DNA of 64,000 nucleotides from an uncultured Chthonomonadaceae bacterium (GCA_963835065.1 CAWIEK010000049.1:729146-793145), one strand, 5' to 3'; shown: positions 1-9,952, numbered from the stretch's first letter. Numbers and translations are program-made. The notes: generated from the sequence alone by a model not told the origin.

Positions 1-873
1 GGCAGTATCTGGTGACGCAGGTGTTAAGGACGCTGGTTCCAAAGAAGCCGGTTCTGCTTCCGCTTCCCTTGTCCCGCTTGTTTCCACCGGAGTTTCGTTT
101 TTTGTTTCCGATACTGGGCGCGGCTTATCACGCAATTTTGTCCGAAGCTGCTGATACAGGGTTGTGATTTCCTGTCCGGGAAGCGCGTTCCGCTCACGGT
201 GCAGTTTGAGGCTGAATTCCTGATACGTTTGTAAAGCCGCGTACACATTGCCACTTTGCGCCAGGGCTTCCATCAGGCCGCGCAGCGCCGACTCGCGCAG
301 GGGATCCACTTCCATGACACGCCGCAGGCAGCGTACCGCTGTTTCCCATTCGTTCGCCGCCATCGCCATCGCGCTTCGCGCCTGCAAAACCTGCAGATAT
401 TGCTGTTCCCGCGCTTCCCGTTCGGCTAACGCCCACGACTCGGTACACTCCTTCAGCAACGGCCCCGTATAACAGGCCAGCGCAAGTTCCAATGACGCGG
501 CATCACTCCGCGCGCACAACGCATCCCATTCCGCAACGTCTACAGAAGCGTTTTCAATAGCAAGGCACAGGGAGTCCGGCGTGGGAGAATGAAGGCGAAA
601 ACTCTGCGTTCCCAATGCCTTGCGCAGATTGGTCAACCCGCGGCGCAGGTTGTACGCCGCCTGATCTACCGCATGGTCAGGAAACGGCCATAGTTCCTGC
701 GCCAGCCACGCCCGCTTGACTGGTTTCCCTCCCCGCAAGGCAAGCAAAGCCAGCAGCCACAACTCCTTACGCGAGCGCAGTTTGGGCAGGGACAAGCCAT
801 TCACCCGCGCGTCCATTGCGCCGAACAATTTTATTGTCAGGGGAGGAGTTTCGCCGTCGCTGTCGCGTTCCAT
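1..873 (-). CDS. SARP/AfsR-type transcriptional regulator (wHTH + BTAD), 3' part outside window
   Basis: Not in ORF track. Hand translation from ATG at 873: MERDSDGETPPLTIKLFGAM...LLALLALRGGKPVKRAWLAQELWP...YNLRRGLTNLRKALG...DPLRESALRGLMEALAQSG; open to the window edge. Confidence 0.85.
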   Translation of the reverse strand, partial: MERDSDGETPPLTIKLFGAMDARVNGLSLPKLRSRKELWLLALLALRGGKPVKRAWLAQELWPFPDHAVDQAAYNLRRGLTNLRKALGTQSFRLHSPTPDSLCLAIENASVDVAEWDALCARSDAASLELALACYTGPLLKECTESWALAEREAREQQYLQVLQARSAMAMAANEWETAVRCLRRVMEVDPLRESALRGLMEALAQSGNVYAALQTYQEFSLKLHRERNALPGQEITTLYQQLRTKLRDKPRPVSETKNETPVETSGTREAEAEPASLEPASLTPASPDTA

Positions 874-1115
874 GCCTTCGTGCTGCCTGCGCTTTCTTTC
901 CGCTACGAAACGTCATAGTCTTCCGTGTTCAGCGGCTCAGACGCCTTTTATGGTATCAATTCTGATCCGGCTCCTTCCACAGCAGAGGGGCGGGAGTGGA
1001 CGGGGCGGGCAGATGTGGGAAACCAGTGAAATCCGCAGCGGCAGGGAAGGCAGAGGAATATACATCTTCTGCTTCCGTTACCTGTTCTGTCTTCCAGGGA
1101 ACAGGGGTGTCTTCT

Positions 1116-1628
1116 TCAGAGATGATAGTAGACCAAGCCGCACGAGGTGAGCGCGTACCCAATCAGGGCGCGTTCGCCCAATCCCGGCGACATTAAAAAC
1201 AGAATAGGAACCGCAACCATGCTGCCGCTGAGGATGATAAGAAACGTGTTGAAGTTGTCAAAGGCCATCACGCCGAACCATCCCCACACCAGCAGGCAGA
1301 CGAGTACAAACAGTTCCAAATGCAGACTGCTCGCAGGCGGCGTCATTCCCACTGCCAGCAGTCCAGGCACAAGCAAAAGCAGCAAAACCGAACGGACGAT
1401 ATAGCCTTTCGCAAACAACTTGCGAACCAGGATACCGATTACGCCGCATAGCGACGCAATCAGCCCCCAGGCCATCGGGTTGCCTTCCGCCAATTCAAAA
1501 CTGACGGCGCGATGCAGGCTATGCGCTCCCGCGATATGCAGCGTCATGGTCAGCGCCCCGGCAAGCAGCAATAACGTTCCCATCAATTTAGACTGCATCC
1601 CGCTATCCTGTACAAACTTGAGGGACAT
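1116..1628 (-). CDS. hypothetical membrane protein
   Basis: 170 aa, several hydrophobic segments, starts 6 nt after the upstream SBP gene. Confidence 0.6.
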   Translation of the reverse strand: MSLKFVQDSGMQSKLMGTLLLLAGALTMTLHIAGAHSLHRAVSFELAEGNPMAWGLIASLCGVIGILVRKLFAKGYIVRSVLLLLLVPGLLAVGMTPPASSLHLELFVLVCLLVWGWFGVMAFDNFNTFLIILSGSMVAVPILFLMSPGLGERALIGYALTSCGLVYYHL

Positions 1629-1634
1629 GCCGTG

Positions 1635-2684
1635 TTAGGAACCCGGTTTGAGAAGTTTCTGCACGTCGGGCGTGTTGAGGTTGTCTTTGGTGACGACCAT
1701 CACGCCGCTGTCTTGCAGCTTTTTGTCAATTGTTTCCTTCTTGATGGCTTTGAGGACGGTTTCCACGCCCTGATAGCCCATCTGATACGGGTTTTGCACG
1801 ATCAGCGCCTGAATGGTTCCCTCCTGCAAGCCCTTGATTTCATCTTCGGAACTGTCGAAGGCGACCAGTTTCACTTTGCCTTCCAATTTCTTCTGCTTCA
1901 GCACCTGCGCCGCGCCCTCGCCATTGGGCTGATTGGCCGCGAAAATGCCCGCAAGGTCTTTGTTGGCGGTCAGCATGTCGTTGGTGCGGTCTACCGCTTT
2001 GGTCGGGTCGCCGCCTTCCAGATTGGAAACCACGTGGATGTCGGGATACTTCTTCATCGCTTCCAGAAAGCCGCTTTCCCGCTCATCGTTGGAAGCCGAA
2101 CCTTTTTTGAAAATCAGAATCCCGACATTGCCCTTTTTGCCGATGGCTTCGGCCAGTTTGTCCGCCGCGAGCTGCCCGCCCTTGACGTTATCGGTAGCGA
2201 TATAGCAGACGGAATCATCCTTGCCTTTCAGCAGCCCGGAGTCAACCGTCACCGTGGGAATGCCCGCTGTTTTCGCCGCCGTGACCGGCTGCGCGAGGGC
2301 TTCCGAGTCCACTGCCGCTAAGACGATGCCGTCTACCTTGTTGCTGATCTGCGTGGATACCACGTCTACCTGCTGCGTGACATCGTTCTCCGTTGCAGGA
2401 CCCTGCCAAATAATTTCGACATTGCCCAGTTTCTTTGCCGCATCGTCCGCGCCCGCCTTGACTCCAAGCCAAAACGAATTCGCCGTGCCTTTGGGAATCA
2501 CGGCAATCCGCAAACTCTTGCCCTCACCCCCACTCCCGCCCATATTTCCCCCGGCTGTCGAATGCGTGGAAGTTCCTCCCGAGGCTGCGCCCCCGCTGCC
2601 ACTATTCTCCTTCGGACACCCCCACAGCATCACGCCGCACAACCCACTCAACGCCAACACGCCCATTTTTTGCACTGCTCGCAT
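1635..2684 (-). CDS. sugar ABC transporter substrate-binding lipoprotein (RbsB-like)
   Basis: Lipobox LWGC; IAVIPKG..NSFW, TDNVKGG, GIFAAN, LIVQNPYQMGY motifs. Confidence 0.92.
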   Translation of the reverse strand: MRAVQKMGVLALSGLCGVMLWGCPKENSGSGGAASGGTSTHSTAGGNMGGSGGEGKSLRIAVIPKGTANSFWLGVKAGADDAAKKLGNVEIIWQGPATENDVTQQVDVVSTQISNKVDGIVLAAVDSEALAQPVTAAKTAGIPTVTVDSGLLKGKDDSVCYIATDNVKGGQLAADKLAEAIGKKGNVGILIFKKGSASNDERESGFLEAMKKYPDIHVVSNLEGGDPTKAVDRTNDMLTANKDLAGIFAANQPNGEGAAQVLKQKKLEGKVKLVAFDSSEDEIKGLQEGTIQALIVQNPYQMGYQGVETVLKAIKKETIDKKLQDSGVMVVTKDNLNTPDVQKLLKPGS

Positions 2685-2700
2685 GGTTTCTCCTTGGAAA

Positions 2701-2811
2701 GTAGTCAGTAGTCAGTAGTCAGTAGTCAGTATCTGTCCTACTCATTCCCTTTGCCAACGCACAAGGCTTTGAGTAGATAAGCATTTCTACTGACTACTCC
2801 CTACTGCCTAC
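2701..2811. repeat. (GTAGTCA)n inverted hairpin element
   Basis: Four heptamer units opposed to a degenerate CTACTGA arm. Confidence 0.8.
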
Positions 2812-3845
2812 CCCCTACTCCCCCGTTTTCTCCCCGGCCCGAACCGGTCGTACAGCACGGCCAGAATTACGATGGCGCCGACGATAGCGCGCTGTAAATC
2901 CGGGCTGACATTGTTCAGGGCGCAGCCGTTGCGGATGGTGAACATCAGCAGCGCGCCAATGATGGTTCCCGGTATGCCGCCCTGCCCGCCAAACAGGGAG
3001 GTGCCGCCGATAACAGTGGCGGCAATGGCATACAATTCATAACTGTTGCCCGCATCATACGGAGCGCTGCCGGTGCGCGAAATGCTGACGACAGCAGCGA
3101 TCCCCGCGAGCAGGCCCGACAAAGCGAAAACCGAAATCACGGCTTTGTTCAGCGAAATGCCGGACAGCCGCGTCGCTTCCCGATTGCCGCCCAGCGCGTA
3201 CATCGTCCGGCCCCAGCGCGTTCGCGTCAGCAGAATGCTCATCGCTACGGCGACACTCACCATAATCAGCACGGCATAAGGAATACCGTCTCTGGCCGGA
3301 CCACCGAACAATTCGCCATTCCCGAACGTCTCAAACCCCCGCGCAAGCCCGCCGATGTTTTTCGATCCCGACAGCAGGCCGCTTGCGCCGTATACCACGC
3401 CCATCATGCCCAATGTCACAATGAAGGACGGGATTTTGCCGAACGCAGTAATCAGACCGGTCAGCGTTCCTGCCGCCAGGCCGGATACAATCGCCAGCAG
3501 CACGGCGGGCCACACGCCCACGCCATGATGCGCCATCGCTTCCGCGGCGGCAACACCGGCAAACGCCATCACCGCGCCTACCGACAGGTCTATATTGCCG
3601 GAAATAATCACTGCCGTCTGCCCACACGCCAATATCGCAATTACAGCGGACTGAACGGCGATATTCTTGAGATTGCCGCGTTCCGCGAAATGCGGGACGC
3701 GCAACGCCAGCACAATCCCAAGTAACAGCAGAAACGAGAGCGGAGCCAGCGTGCTGGACAAGCGCTGCACCCACGTCGCCTGCGCCGGAGATGGCGACAG
3801 GGGAGACAATTGCGGATCACTTTGCGGAAGGGACGCCGTCCCCAT
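2808..3845 (-). CDS. sugar ABC transporter permease (RbsC-like)
   Basis: GNIDLSVGA, IPSFIVTLGM, YALGGNREATRLSGI, YELYAIAATVIGGTSLFGGQG. Confidence 0.93.
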   Translation of the reverse strand: MGTASLPQSDPQLSPLSPSPAQATWVQRLSSTLAPLSFLLLLGIVLALRVPHFAERGNLKNIAVQSAVIAILACGQTAVIISGNIDLSVGAVMAFAGVAAAEAMAHHGVGVWPAVLLAIVSGLAAGTLTGLITAFGKIPSFIVTLGMMGVVYGASGLLSGSKNIGGLARGFETFGNGELFGGPARDGIPYAVLIMVSVAVAMSILLTRTRWGRTMYALGGNREATRLSGISLNKAVISVFALSGLLAGIAAVVSISRTGSAPYDAGNSYELYAIAATVIGGTSLFGGQGGIPGTIIGALLMFTIRNGCALNNVSPDLQRAIVGAIVILAVLYDRFGPGRKRGSRG

Positions 3846-4346
3846 AACTCGTGCCCTTTCCTCTAACAGCAGCCACTCTGCTGACTATGTTTCTGCTTTT
3901 CAACAGCAGCGTGTTCACCTGCCTTGCTGCGCAGGCCGTTCGATGCGCCAACAAAGCAAAATTTGCGCTGCCTTGAAAACGTAAACACAATCATAGCAGA
4001 CTGAACGCGGCCTGTCAATTCGTTTTTTGATTCCGTCCCTGTACTCAGAACGCGGGAGACATGCAAACTTATATTTTTCGCTTCGCGCCAACTGAACATT
4101 TCGCTTTTCACTGCGTCCATAAGCGCAGGAACCCCATGCGTCCTGCATACTTTGGATACTTTCCTTGCGAAAACCTGAACATTTGCGTACGCTCGGCTAT
4201 TTTAGCAGGATTTTATCATGTCATGCTCTAATGATTAGATTAGTGGTATTCTTAACATGAGAATTTTTAATTTTTCTGACGAAGAGTTCATTTGCTGACA
4301 TCAATGCTATTGAAGATTTGAGACATGTTCGCGAACCCGGATACAC

Positions 4347-5744
4347 ATGCGCCATTCTTTGCCACCAACCGTATCTATCTACTTGGACACGCTGCGGCGT
4401 CCACGTCTTTTGTTTGCTTCCATTTTGGACGGCTCTGCGCTGGCTTCGGCCTTGATGTGGGTTGTCATGCTGGGCATTCTGGCGGGCGTTACAGGCGTTT
4501 ACGCCGCCCTGCAAGGCAAAACCGGCTTGGGGCAGGACTGGTGGCGCGATTTCCCCATGAAGCGCGCCGTGTTTTTCTCCGTTTGGTTCTGCCTGACCGA
4601 TGTGCTGTGGGCAACCTTGCTCACCTGGGCGCTGGCGCGACTGGCGCGTGAAACCCTGCGCTTCGACTCCCTGCTCACCGTCCTTTGCCTTGCTTCCGCG
4701 CCGTGCCTGCTCACCACGCTAACGTTTCCAATGCGCGATTTGAGTTGGACGGCCCTGCATGTATGGCAGGGGCTGAATATCTTCGTCATTGTGTGGGTAT
4801 CTATTCTCATTTGTATGGGCGTTCAGGCTTGCCTGAATACTTCGCTCGGCAAAGCCGCGCAGTGCAGTCTTCCCGCCCTGCTGATTCTATGGGCCATCGG
4901 TGTCAGGGCGCATAAAGCCCCGCCCACAAATTTTCGCGCGGCCTGTCGGTGGGAGCAATGGGAAGGCAGGCATGTTCGCCTGTTCATGCTGCCGGGAAAA
5001 AGCCCGAAAGAAGTTTCTTTGCTGGCGCAGGGACTGGACGAGCTGACCGAAAAAGACGACGCCGCGCTTGGAGAATCGTCCCTGCCTTTCAAAATAGACT
5101 TTTTCTGCTTTGACGACGATTTGCAGCAGCGGCATTTCGCCGGCTCTGCGGAAGAACCCACCGACACCGCCCATACCTTCTTCGACTGCGTGACTTTTTC
5201 CTACGACACCTGGGAGAACCTTCGCCCGCAAATGGCGCATGAGATTTGCCATGTGATTCTGGCGAACCGCCTGACCGACAAGGTGCATGGCCTGCTGGAT
5301 GAAGGATTGTGCGAGTATGTCGCGCATACGGTAACAGCAGACCCTGACGCGCTTTCCCCCACGCCCGCCACAGCCCTGCCCCTGCGCGTCCTTGCCCGCC
5401 CGGAAGTGTTTTTCGACTGGGATTTATTGCACGAAAAAGGCGTGGAGGACGAAGAAGCCGATTGGAAGCACTACCGCGCCGCCGAATCGCTGACCGCCTA
5501 TCTGATTAAACGCTCCGGCATGGCAAAGTTCAAAAATCTGTATTGCCGCTACGCCCTGCATGGCCGCGACAATGACCCGGACAATGACGAGGGCAAGCAG
5601 CTTGCCCATGCGGTTCAGGATGTCTATGGGATTTCGCTTGCCGAACTGGAACATCAATGGCGCGCGGACGCGGTTTCTGCAATCCTTCCTGACCCGCTGC
5701 CTGCGCCGTCCGATTTGCAGCCATCTCATTCTTCGGGTTCGTAA
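4347..5744 (+). CDS. YIP1-like membrane domain fused to gluzincin/peptidase MA-like domain
   Basis: About 5 N-terminal TM segments, then AHEICH..LDEGLCEY (HExxH plus downstream E). Confidence 0.65.
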   Translation: MRHSLPPTVSIYLDTLRRPRLLFASILDGSALASALMWVVMLGILAGVTGVYAALQGKTGLGQDWWRDFPMKRAVFFSVWFCLTDVLWATLLTWALARLARETLRFDSLLTVLCLASAPCLLTTLTFPMRDLSWTALHVWQGLNIFVIVWVSILICMGVQACLNTSLGKAAQCSLPALLILWAIGVRAHKAPPTNFRAACRWEQWEGRHVRLFMLPGKSPKEVSLLAQGLDELTEKDDAALGESSLPFKIDFFCFDDDLQQRHFAGSAEEPTDTAHTFFDCVTFSYDTWENLRPQMAHEICHVILANRLTDKVHGLLDEGLCEYVAHTVTADPDALSPTPATALPLRVLARPEVFFDWDLLHEKGVEDEEADWKHYRAAESLTAYLIKRSGMAKFKNLYCRYALHGRDNDPDNDEGKQLAHAVQDVYGISLAELEHQWRADAVSAILPDPLPAPSDLQPSHSSGS

Positions 5745-5751
5745 ATCAATA

Positions 5752-5768
5752 ATATCCCGAAAGGATAT
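5752..5768. terminator. short hairpin between convergent transcripts
   Basis: ATATCC-CGAAA-GGATAT; minus strand is followed by TATTGATTT. Confidence 0.4.
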
Positions 5769-5975
5769 GTAGAGGCATCGTCGAAATCTTGGCAATGCAG
5801 CGCTTCCAGCCCGGTGTCTCGTTGTGTCAAATTGTAGGAGAGAGGCGTCGTGACCTCAGCAGCGTCAAGGCGGATGGCAGTGTTCAGGCATCTTCTTGCG
5901 CCTCCCTTCCTGAGTAAGTAGTTGATAGTTGATACGAACTCGAACGTTCAACTTTCTTGTCTAAATAGTAGACAC
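5767..5975 (-). ncRNA. putative small RNA with 8-codon mini-ORF, copy 1
   Basis: 5767-5857 matches 54229-54319 at 88/91 nt; SD AGGAAGGGAGG; ORF 5891-5865 MPEHCHPP-TGA. Confidence 0.5.
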
Positions 5976-5983
5976 TTGTACTT

Positions 5984-6011
5984 TTAGACGGGTATGTTGT
6001 GCAAAAGGTTC
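5984..6011 (-). promoter_or_regulatory. ECF sigma-type promoter
   Basis: GAACCT-N16-GTCTAA; same boxes and spacing at 54418-54445 although the spacer has diverged. Confidence 0.65.
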
Positions 6012-6108
6012 GCTTTTTCCGCGTTATTCTGCTGTTTTTTGGCTTTTTTTCTGTGTCTTTTTTGTGGAATGGCTGCTGTTTGCTGTTGGCGTCGTGTGAG
6101 GAACGGGG

Positions 6109-6936
6109 TTGAGTAACACTTTTATGCCTGGCTGGAAAAACCGCCTGCGTCACCTGCTCATCGCCCCGGAACCCGCTCTGCCTGCTTCCATTCTGACGGG
6201 GCATTTAGAGCGGTTTCGCGGCCTGCCTGCCAACGCTGCCGTGTGCATCAAAGTGTCGTGCGCGTATGATCTGCCCTACCCTTTTGCGGTTTCGCGCGGG
6301 TTTGTCGCGCAGGTTGTGCAGGAGATATATCAGGCGAATTCAGGCGTGAATATCGCGCTGACGGAAGGGGGAGTCGGAGGACAATCTATCTGCGGCATGG
6401 CGTCCCGGCACGGGCTGGACACCCTTGCCAATGCGCGGTTTGAGGATGCTGAAGCGGTGGAACCAATTTATGCGCCGAACCCGAACCCCCAGCCGTTCCG
6501 CGAGGCAGGGTTTTATCTGCCGGCCTGTTGGGTTGAGGCCGACATGCGGATACTGCTGACAACGTGCAAACTGCGCAGCCATCATTTTCAGCGCTGGTAC
6601 AGCGGGGGAACGCGCAATCTCATTGGTCTGCTGCCGCGCAGTCGCTATAAACTTTCCGCAAGCAAGCGCGAGATGCGCAGCGTCATGCACCAGCGGGGCA
6701 TAGACGCGATGGTTGCCGACCTTTACGCCACCACCGGCCAGAACACGCTGACTATTCTCGACGCCCGTCTTGTCGCCCGTCAGGACGAGCATTTCCCCGT
6801 CCGCTTTACGCGCAAATTGAACCAGATTGTTGTCGCCGAGGATCCCGCCGAAGCGGACGAGAGGATTGTGGACGCGCTTCGCCTTCCCTTTACGCCGCCC
6901 TACCTCGCCATGATCGCCAAAGTCCGTACAATGTGA
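6109..6936 (+). CDS. DUF362-like protein
   Basis: V.IKV, ALTEG, ADMRILLTTCKLRSHH, GGTRNLIG, LTILDA pattern resembles DUF362. Confidence 0.6.
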   Translation: MSNTFMPGWKNRLRHLLIAPEPALPASILTGHLERFRGLPANAAVCIKVSCAYDLPYPFAVSRGFVAQVVQEIYQANSGVNIALTEGGVGGQSICGMASRHGLDTLANARFEDAEAVEPIYAPNPNPQPFREAGFYLPACWVEADMRILLTTCKLRSHHFQRWYSGGTRNLIGLLPRSRYKLSASKREMRSVMHQRGIDAMVADLYATTGQNTLTILDARLVARQDEHFPVRFTRKLNQIVVAEDPAEADERIVDALRLPFTPPYLAMIAKVRTM

Positions 6937-6949
6937 AAAGGAAGAATTG

Positions 6950-8509
6950 TTAGAAGCGTCCGGTCAGGGAACGCGCTATGAGCAGCAGGCCGATCAGCGT
7001 AACCACTGCGGCGCTGCAAACGGACAAGCCCGGCATCCATTTTGCCCCCGGCGATACGCGCTCCATCAAGCCCCTCGCCCGCATTACTACCAGCCCTAAA
7101 ATCGTCAGCACGACCGCCAACCCCAGACTGAACGCCACAATCAGCAGCAGGCCAAAACCGATTCGATGCAGGGCAATTGCGCTTAACATCACGACCAGAG
7201 CGGACGGACACGGCAAGGCTCCGCCCGTAATTCCCAATCCGACCAGCGTTCGCAGCGACAAAGGCCCTGATGCTCCGCGCCGCTGCGTGTAAAACTCTTC
7301 TGTATCCGCGTCCAATTCGTTCGCCGCTTGCGCCGAACATTCGTCCTGTGCAGTTTGCCTTTGCTCCGAACGCCACGCGCCCACGCGATGCCACAACAGC
7401 CCCGCGCCCATCCCGGCCACTGCCAGCCCCGACAGGCCGCTGATGACCGGATATAAATGTTCCGGCACGATCCAGCGCGAAGCCGTCAGCGTAATCAGCC
7501 CCAAGGCGAACACGCCCAGCGTATGCGTTATTGTCACCACAAGGCCAAGCAGTACAGCATGACGCGCCGTGCCCCGCGTCCCAATCAAATACGCCGCTAC
7601 CATCGCCTTGCCATGCCCTGGGGACAGCGCATGCAGCGCCCCAAACCCAAACGCCGACAGCAGCGCCAGCCCCATCAGCCCCGGCGTCAACCCCACCGCC
7701 GCAATAGACTGGGTAAACTGATCGCGCGGGGTGTTGGGTGTTGAGGGGGGGGAAAGTGATGAGTGATGAGTGAGGAGTGATGAGTGAGGATTCTGTTCAT
7801 CATTCATCATTCCGTGTTCAGCATTTCCTTCTGTTCCCTGTTCCCTGTTCCCTGTTCCCTGTCTCCTCTTCTCCTTTTCTTCCCCTACCCATGTAAATCG
7901 CGCTTCCGTTACCTGCGGCGGGGCTATGGTGGGGTCGGCAGGATAAGTGGTTAGTTCTTTGCTCTGGTCGGTGGCGGGAACGGAGGAATCGCGCAGGGTG
8001 GAGAGGTCGCCTGTCACGACGATTTCTTTCCAGCCGGTACGAACAGGATAGTTTGAGTCTTTGTAGGTGACGGCAAGCGGGATTTTGGGCGGGGAAGAAG
8101 CCGGAGAATCGGCGGTAAAGTCGAGCGTGACGCGCAGGGTTTTCAGCCCGCCCGCTCCCGGAAGCAGAATCGCATCACGCGGCGTTACCTTTAGCGGAAC
8201 AGGCTGCTGATTAATCGTCAGAGTCAATTGCCCGCTCAGTTGCACAGACATTTGGCGCAAGTAAGCCGCCCGCTCCGCATCCGAAACAACGCCGTCCTGA
8301 TTGGCGTCCAGCCGACTCATTTCCGTCACGGTTGGGATTTCGGCCATGTCCAGCACGAAATGCCCTTCGATACGATCCGCCTGCGCTATAAGCCGCGTGT
8401 AATGGTTGATGGAAAAATTGCCCATCGGATGCGCAATCACCATCCGCGCCATCAACAGCCATGCCAAACTCAACAGGCAGACACGCCAAATTTTACAGTT
8501 AGGTTTCAT
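6950..8509 (-). CDS. nickel/cobalt transporter (RcnA/NiCoT-like) with secreted N-terminal domain
   Basis: AHPMGNFSINHY N-terminus; GALHALSPGHGK, THTLGV, GGALPCPSA; repeat-derived linker. Confidence 0.85.
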   Translation of the reverse strand: MKPNCKIWRVCLLSLAWLLMARMVIAHPMGNFSINHYTRLIAQADRIEGHFVLDMAEIPTVTEMSRLDANQDGVVSDAERAAYLRQMSVQLSGQLTLTINQQPVPLKVTPRDAILLPGAGGLKTLRVTLDFTADSPASSPPKIPLAVTYKDSNYPVRTGWKEIVVTGDLSTLRDSSVPATDQSKELTTYPADPTIAPPQVTEARFTWVGEEKEKRRQGTGNREQGTEGNAEHGMMNDEQNPHSSLLTHHSSLSPPSTPNTPRDQFTQSIAAVGLTPGLMGLALLSAFGFGALHALSPGHGKAMVAAYLIGTRGTARHAVLLGLVVTITHTLGVFALGLITLTASRWIVPEHLYPVISGLSGLAVAGMGAGLLWHRVGAWRSEQRQTAQDECSAQAANELDADTEEFYTQRRGASGPLSLRTLVGLGITGGALPCPSALVVMLSAIALHRIGFGLLLIVAFSLGLAVVLTILGLVVMRARGLMERVSPGAKWMPGLSVCSAAVVTLIGLLLIARSLTGRF

Positions 8510-8527
8510 GCAACAGCCTCCCCTCTC

Positions 8528-9952
8528 CTAGCGCGTTGCGCGGGCAGGAGAGGGGTCGGGGGTGAGGTTCTTTGTTACCTGAGAGCCGAGTTCCCGGAGC
8601 GTGTCTGCCGCAAGGGGAGCGTAAATCAGGCTGAAATTCGGGTTATCGTTCAGGGCTTCGTACAACAGCTTCCGCGCTTGCGCCTGCCGGTTCAGTTTGA
8701 CTGCGATCATGCCCGCATGAAACTTGAACAGGGCTTCGGGCGTGTGCTTCGCCAGCGCTTTTTCGATCATGGCCTGCGCGTCCTGATAGCGTCCTGCTTT
8801 GTAATAGCACCAGGCTAAGGTATCCGCCACATACACGTTCGGGCGCGTTTTAATTTCCGCTTCTTCCTCCTGTACCGCTTCGGCTATATTGCGGTCGTGG
8901 TCGGCGTAAAACTGCGCGATCTGCATGTCGCCCCGGACGCCGTTGGCTTTCAGCAGTTGATGCGTGGCTTCCACAAGCGCAAATTGCTGCTTCGCTTCTT
9001 CCGGCTTGCCTGTAATCCGATACAGGTCATGCAGCGCGGCCAGGGCGTCGTGTATCGGCACGACCTCCACCGCCTGCTTGTAATAGTTGATCGCTGCCGG
9101 GTAGTCCCGGCGCGCAGCCTTCAATTTGCCCATCGCGGACAGCAGTTGATAATTATGCGGCGCGTATTTCAGGGCGTCTTCGAGGGTTTGTTCCGCCGGG
9201 AGCAAAGCGCCCGTGTTCATCAGCATGATGGCAAGTTGGGCGCGGCACCACGCGGTATTTTCCGCATACGGCCCGCCCGCTTTGATCGCTTTCGCCATCA
9301 GCCACAAAGCCTTGCGCGTGTCGCCCGTCAGCCAGATCAGATGCGCGCCCCGACTGTAGGAGGAGGTATCCGGGCGTATGTCGAGCATCTGCTGATAATG
9401 CGTGTACGCGGCATCGTAATTGCCCATTTCCACGTCGGCGTCGCCAAGCAAGCCGTAAGCGTCGTTGTCTTTCGGGCTGAGGGCAATGGCTTTCCCCGCC
9501 CATTCAATGCTTTTTTCAAATTCGTGCTTCCCGCCGCTTACCCATGCCATGCCATTCAGCGCAGGCACATTTTTCGCGTTGAGCGCAAGAGCCTGTTGGT
9601 AGGCTTTTTCAGCGTGGGCGTAGTACGTCACATCGGCGGTTTCGCGCGCCTTCTGCATGTACGAATCGCCCAGATTGACCCAGGCCATATCGTCCTTGTC
9701 GCTTTTACGGACAACGGCAACCCATTTTGCAATCATTTGATCCGACAAACTATTGCCGGTCGGAACCGGGAGCGTGGCAGGGGCGTTTTGCGCGGGAAGG
9801 GCATTGCCGGCCACGACGCCCGCGTCCTTCGGGGCGGCGCTTGCGGCTTTTGCTTGCGGCGGATGATGGTTTACCGCCCAGGTTCCCACTGCCGCGCCGC
9901 TCAACAGCAGGCAAAGCAATCCGATTTTGACAGGAGTGACGGTCGGCTTCAT
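8528..9952 (-). CDS. secreted TPR protein (DUF4331-associated type)
   Basis: Signal-like N-terminus, LGDSYMQKARETAD, multiple TPR helices, DTLAWCYYKAG. Confidence 0.85.
   Translation of the reverse strand: MKPTVTPVKIGLLCLLLSGAAVGTWAVNHHPPQAKAASAAPKDAGVVAGNALPAQNAPATLPVPTGNSLSDQMIAKWVAVVRKSDKDDMAWVNLGDSYMQKARETADVTYYAHAEKAYQQALALNAKNVPALNGMAWVSGGKHEFEKSIEWAGKAIALSPKDNDAYGLLGDADVEMGNYDAAYTHYQQMLDIRPDTSSYSRGAHLIWLTGDTRKALWLMAKAIKAGGPYAENTAWCRAQLAIMLMNTGALLPAEQTLEDALKYAPHNYQLLSAMGKLKAARRDYPAAINYYKQAVEVVPIHDALAALHDLYRITGKPEEAKQQFALVEATHQLLKANGVRGDMQIAQFYADHDRNIAEAVQEEEAEIKTRPNVYVADTLAWCYYKAGRYQDAQAMIEKALAKHTPEALFKFHAGMIAVKLNRQAQARKLLYEALNDNPNFSLIYAPLAADTLRELGSQVTKNLTPDPSPARATR

Noticed and set aside
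5767..5891. Mini-ORF as a multi-Sec peptide (TGC in copy 1 aligns with TGA in copy 2)
   Set aside because: Rests on a single substitution; another TGA aligns with CGA; no clear SECIS or redox motif.
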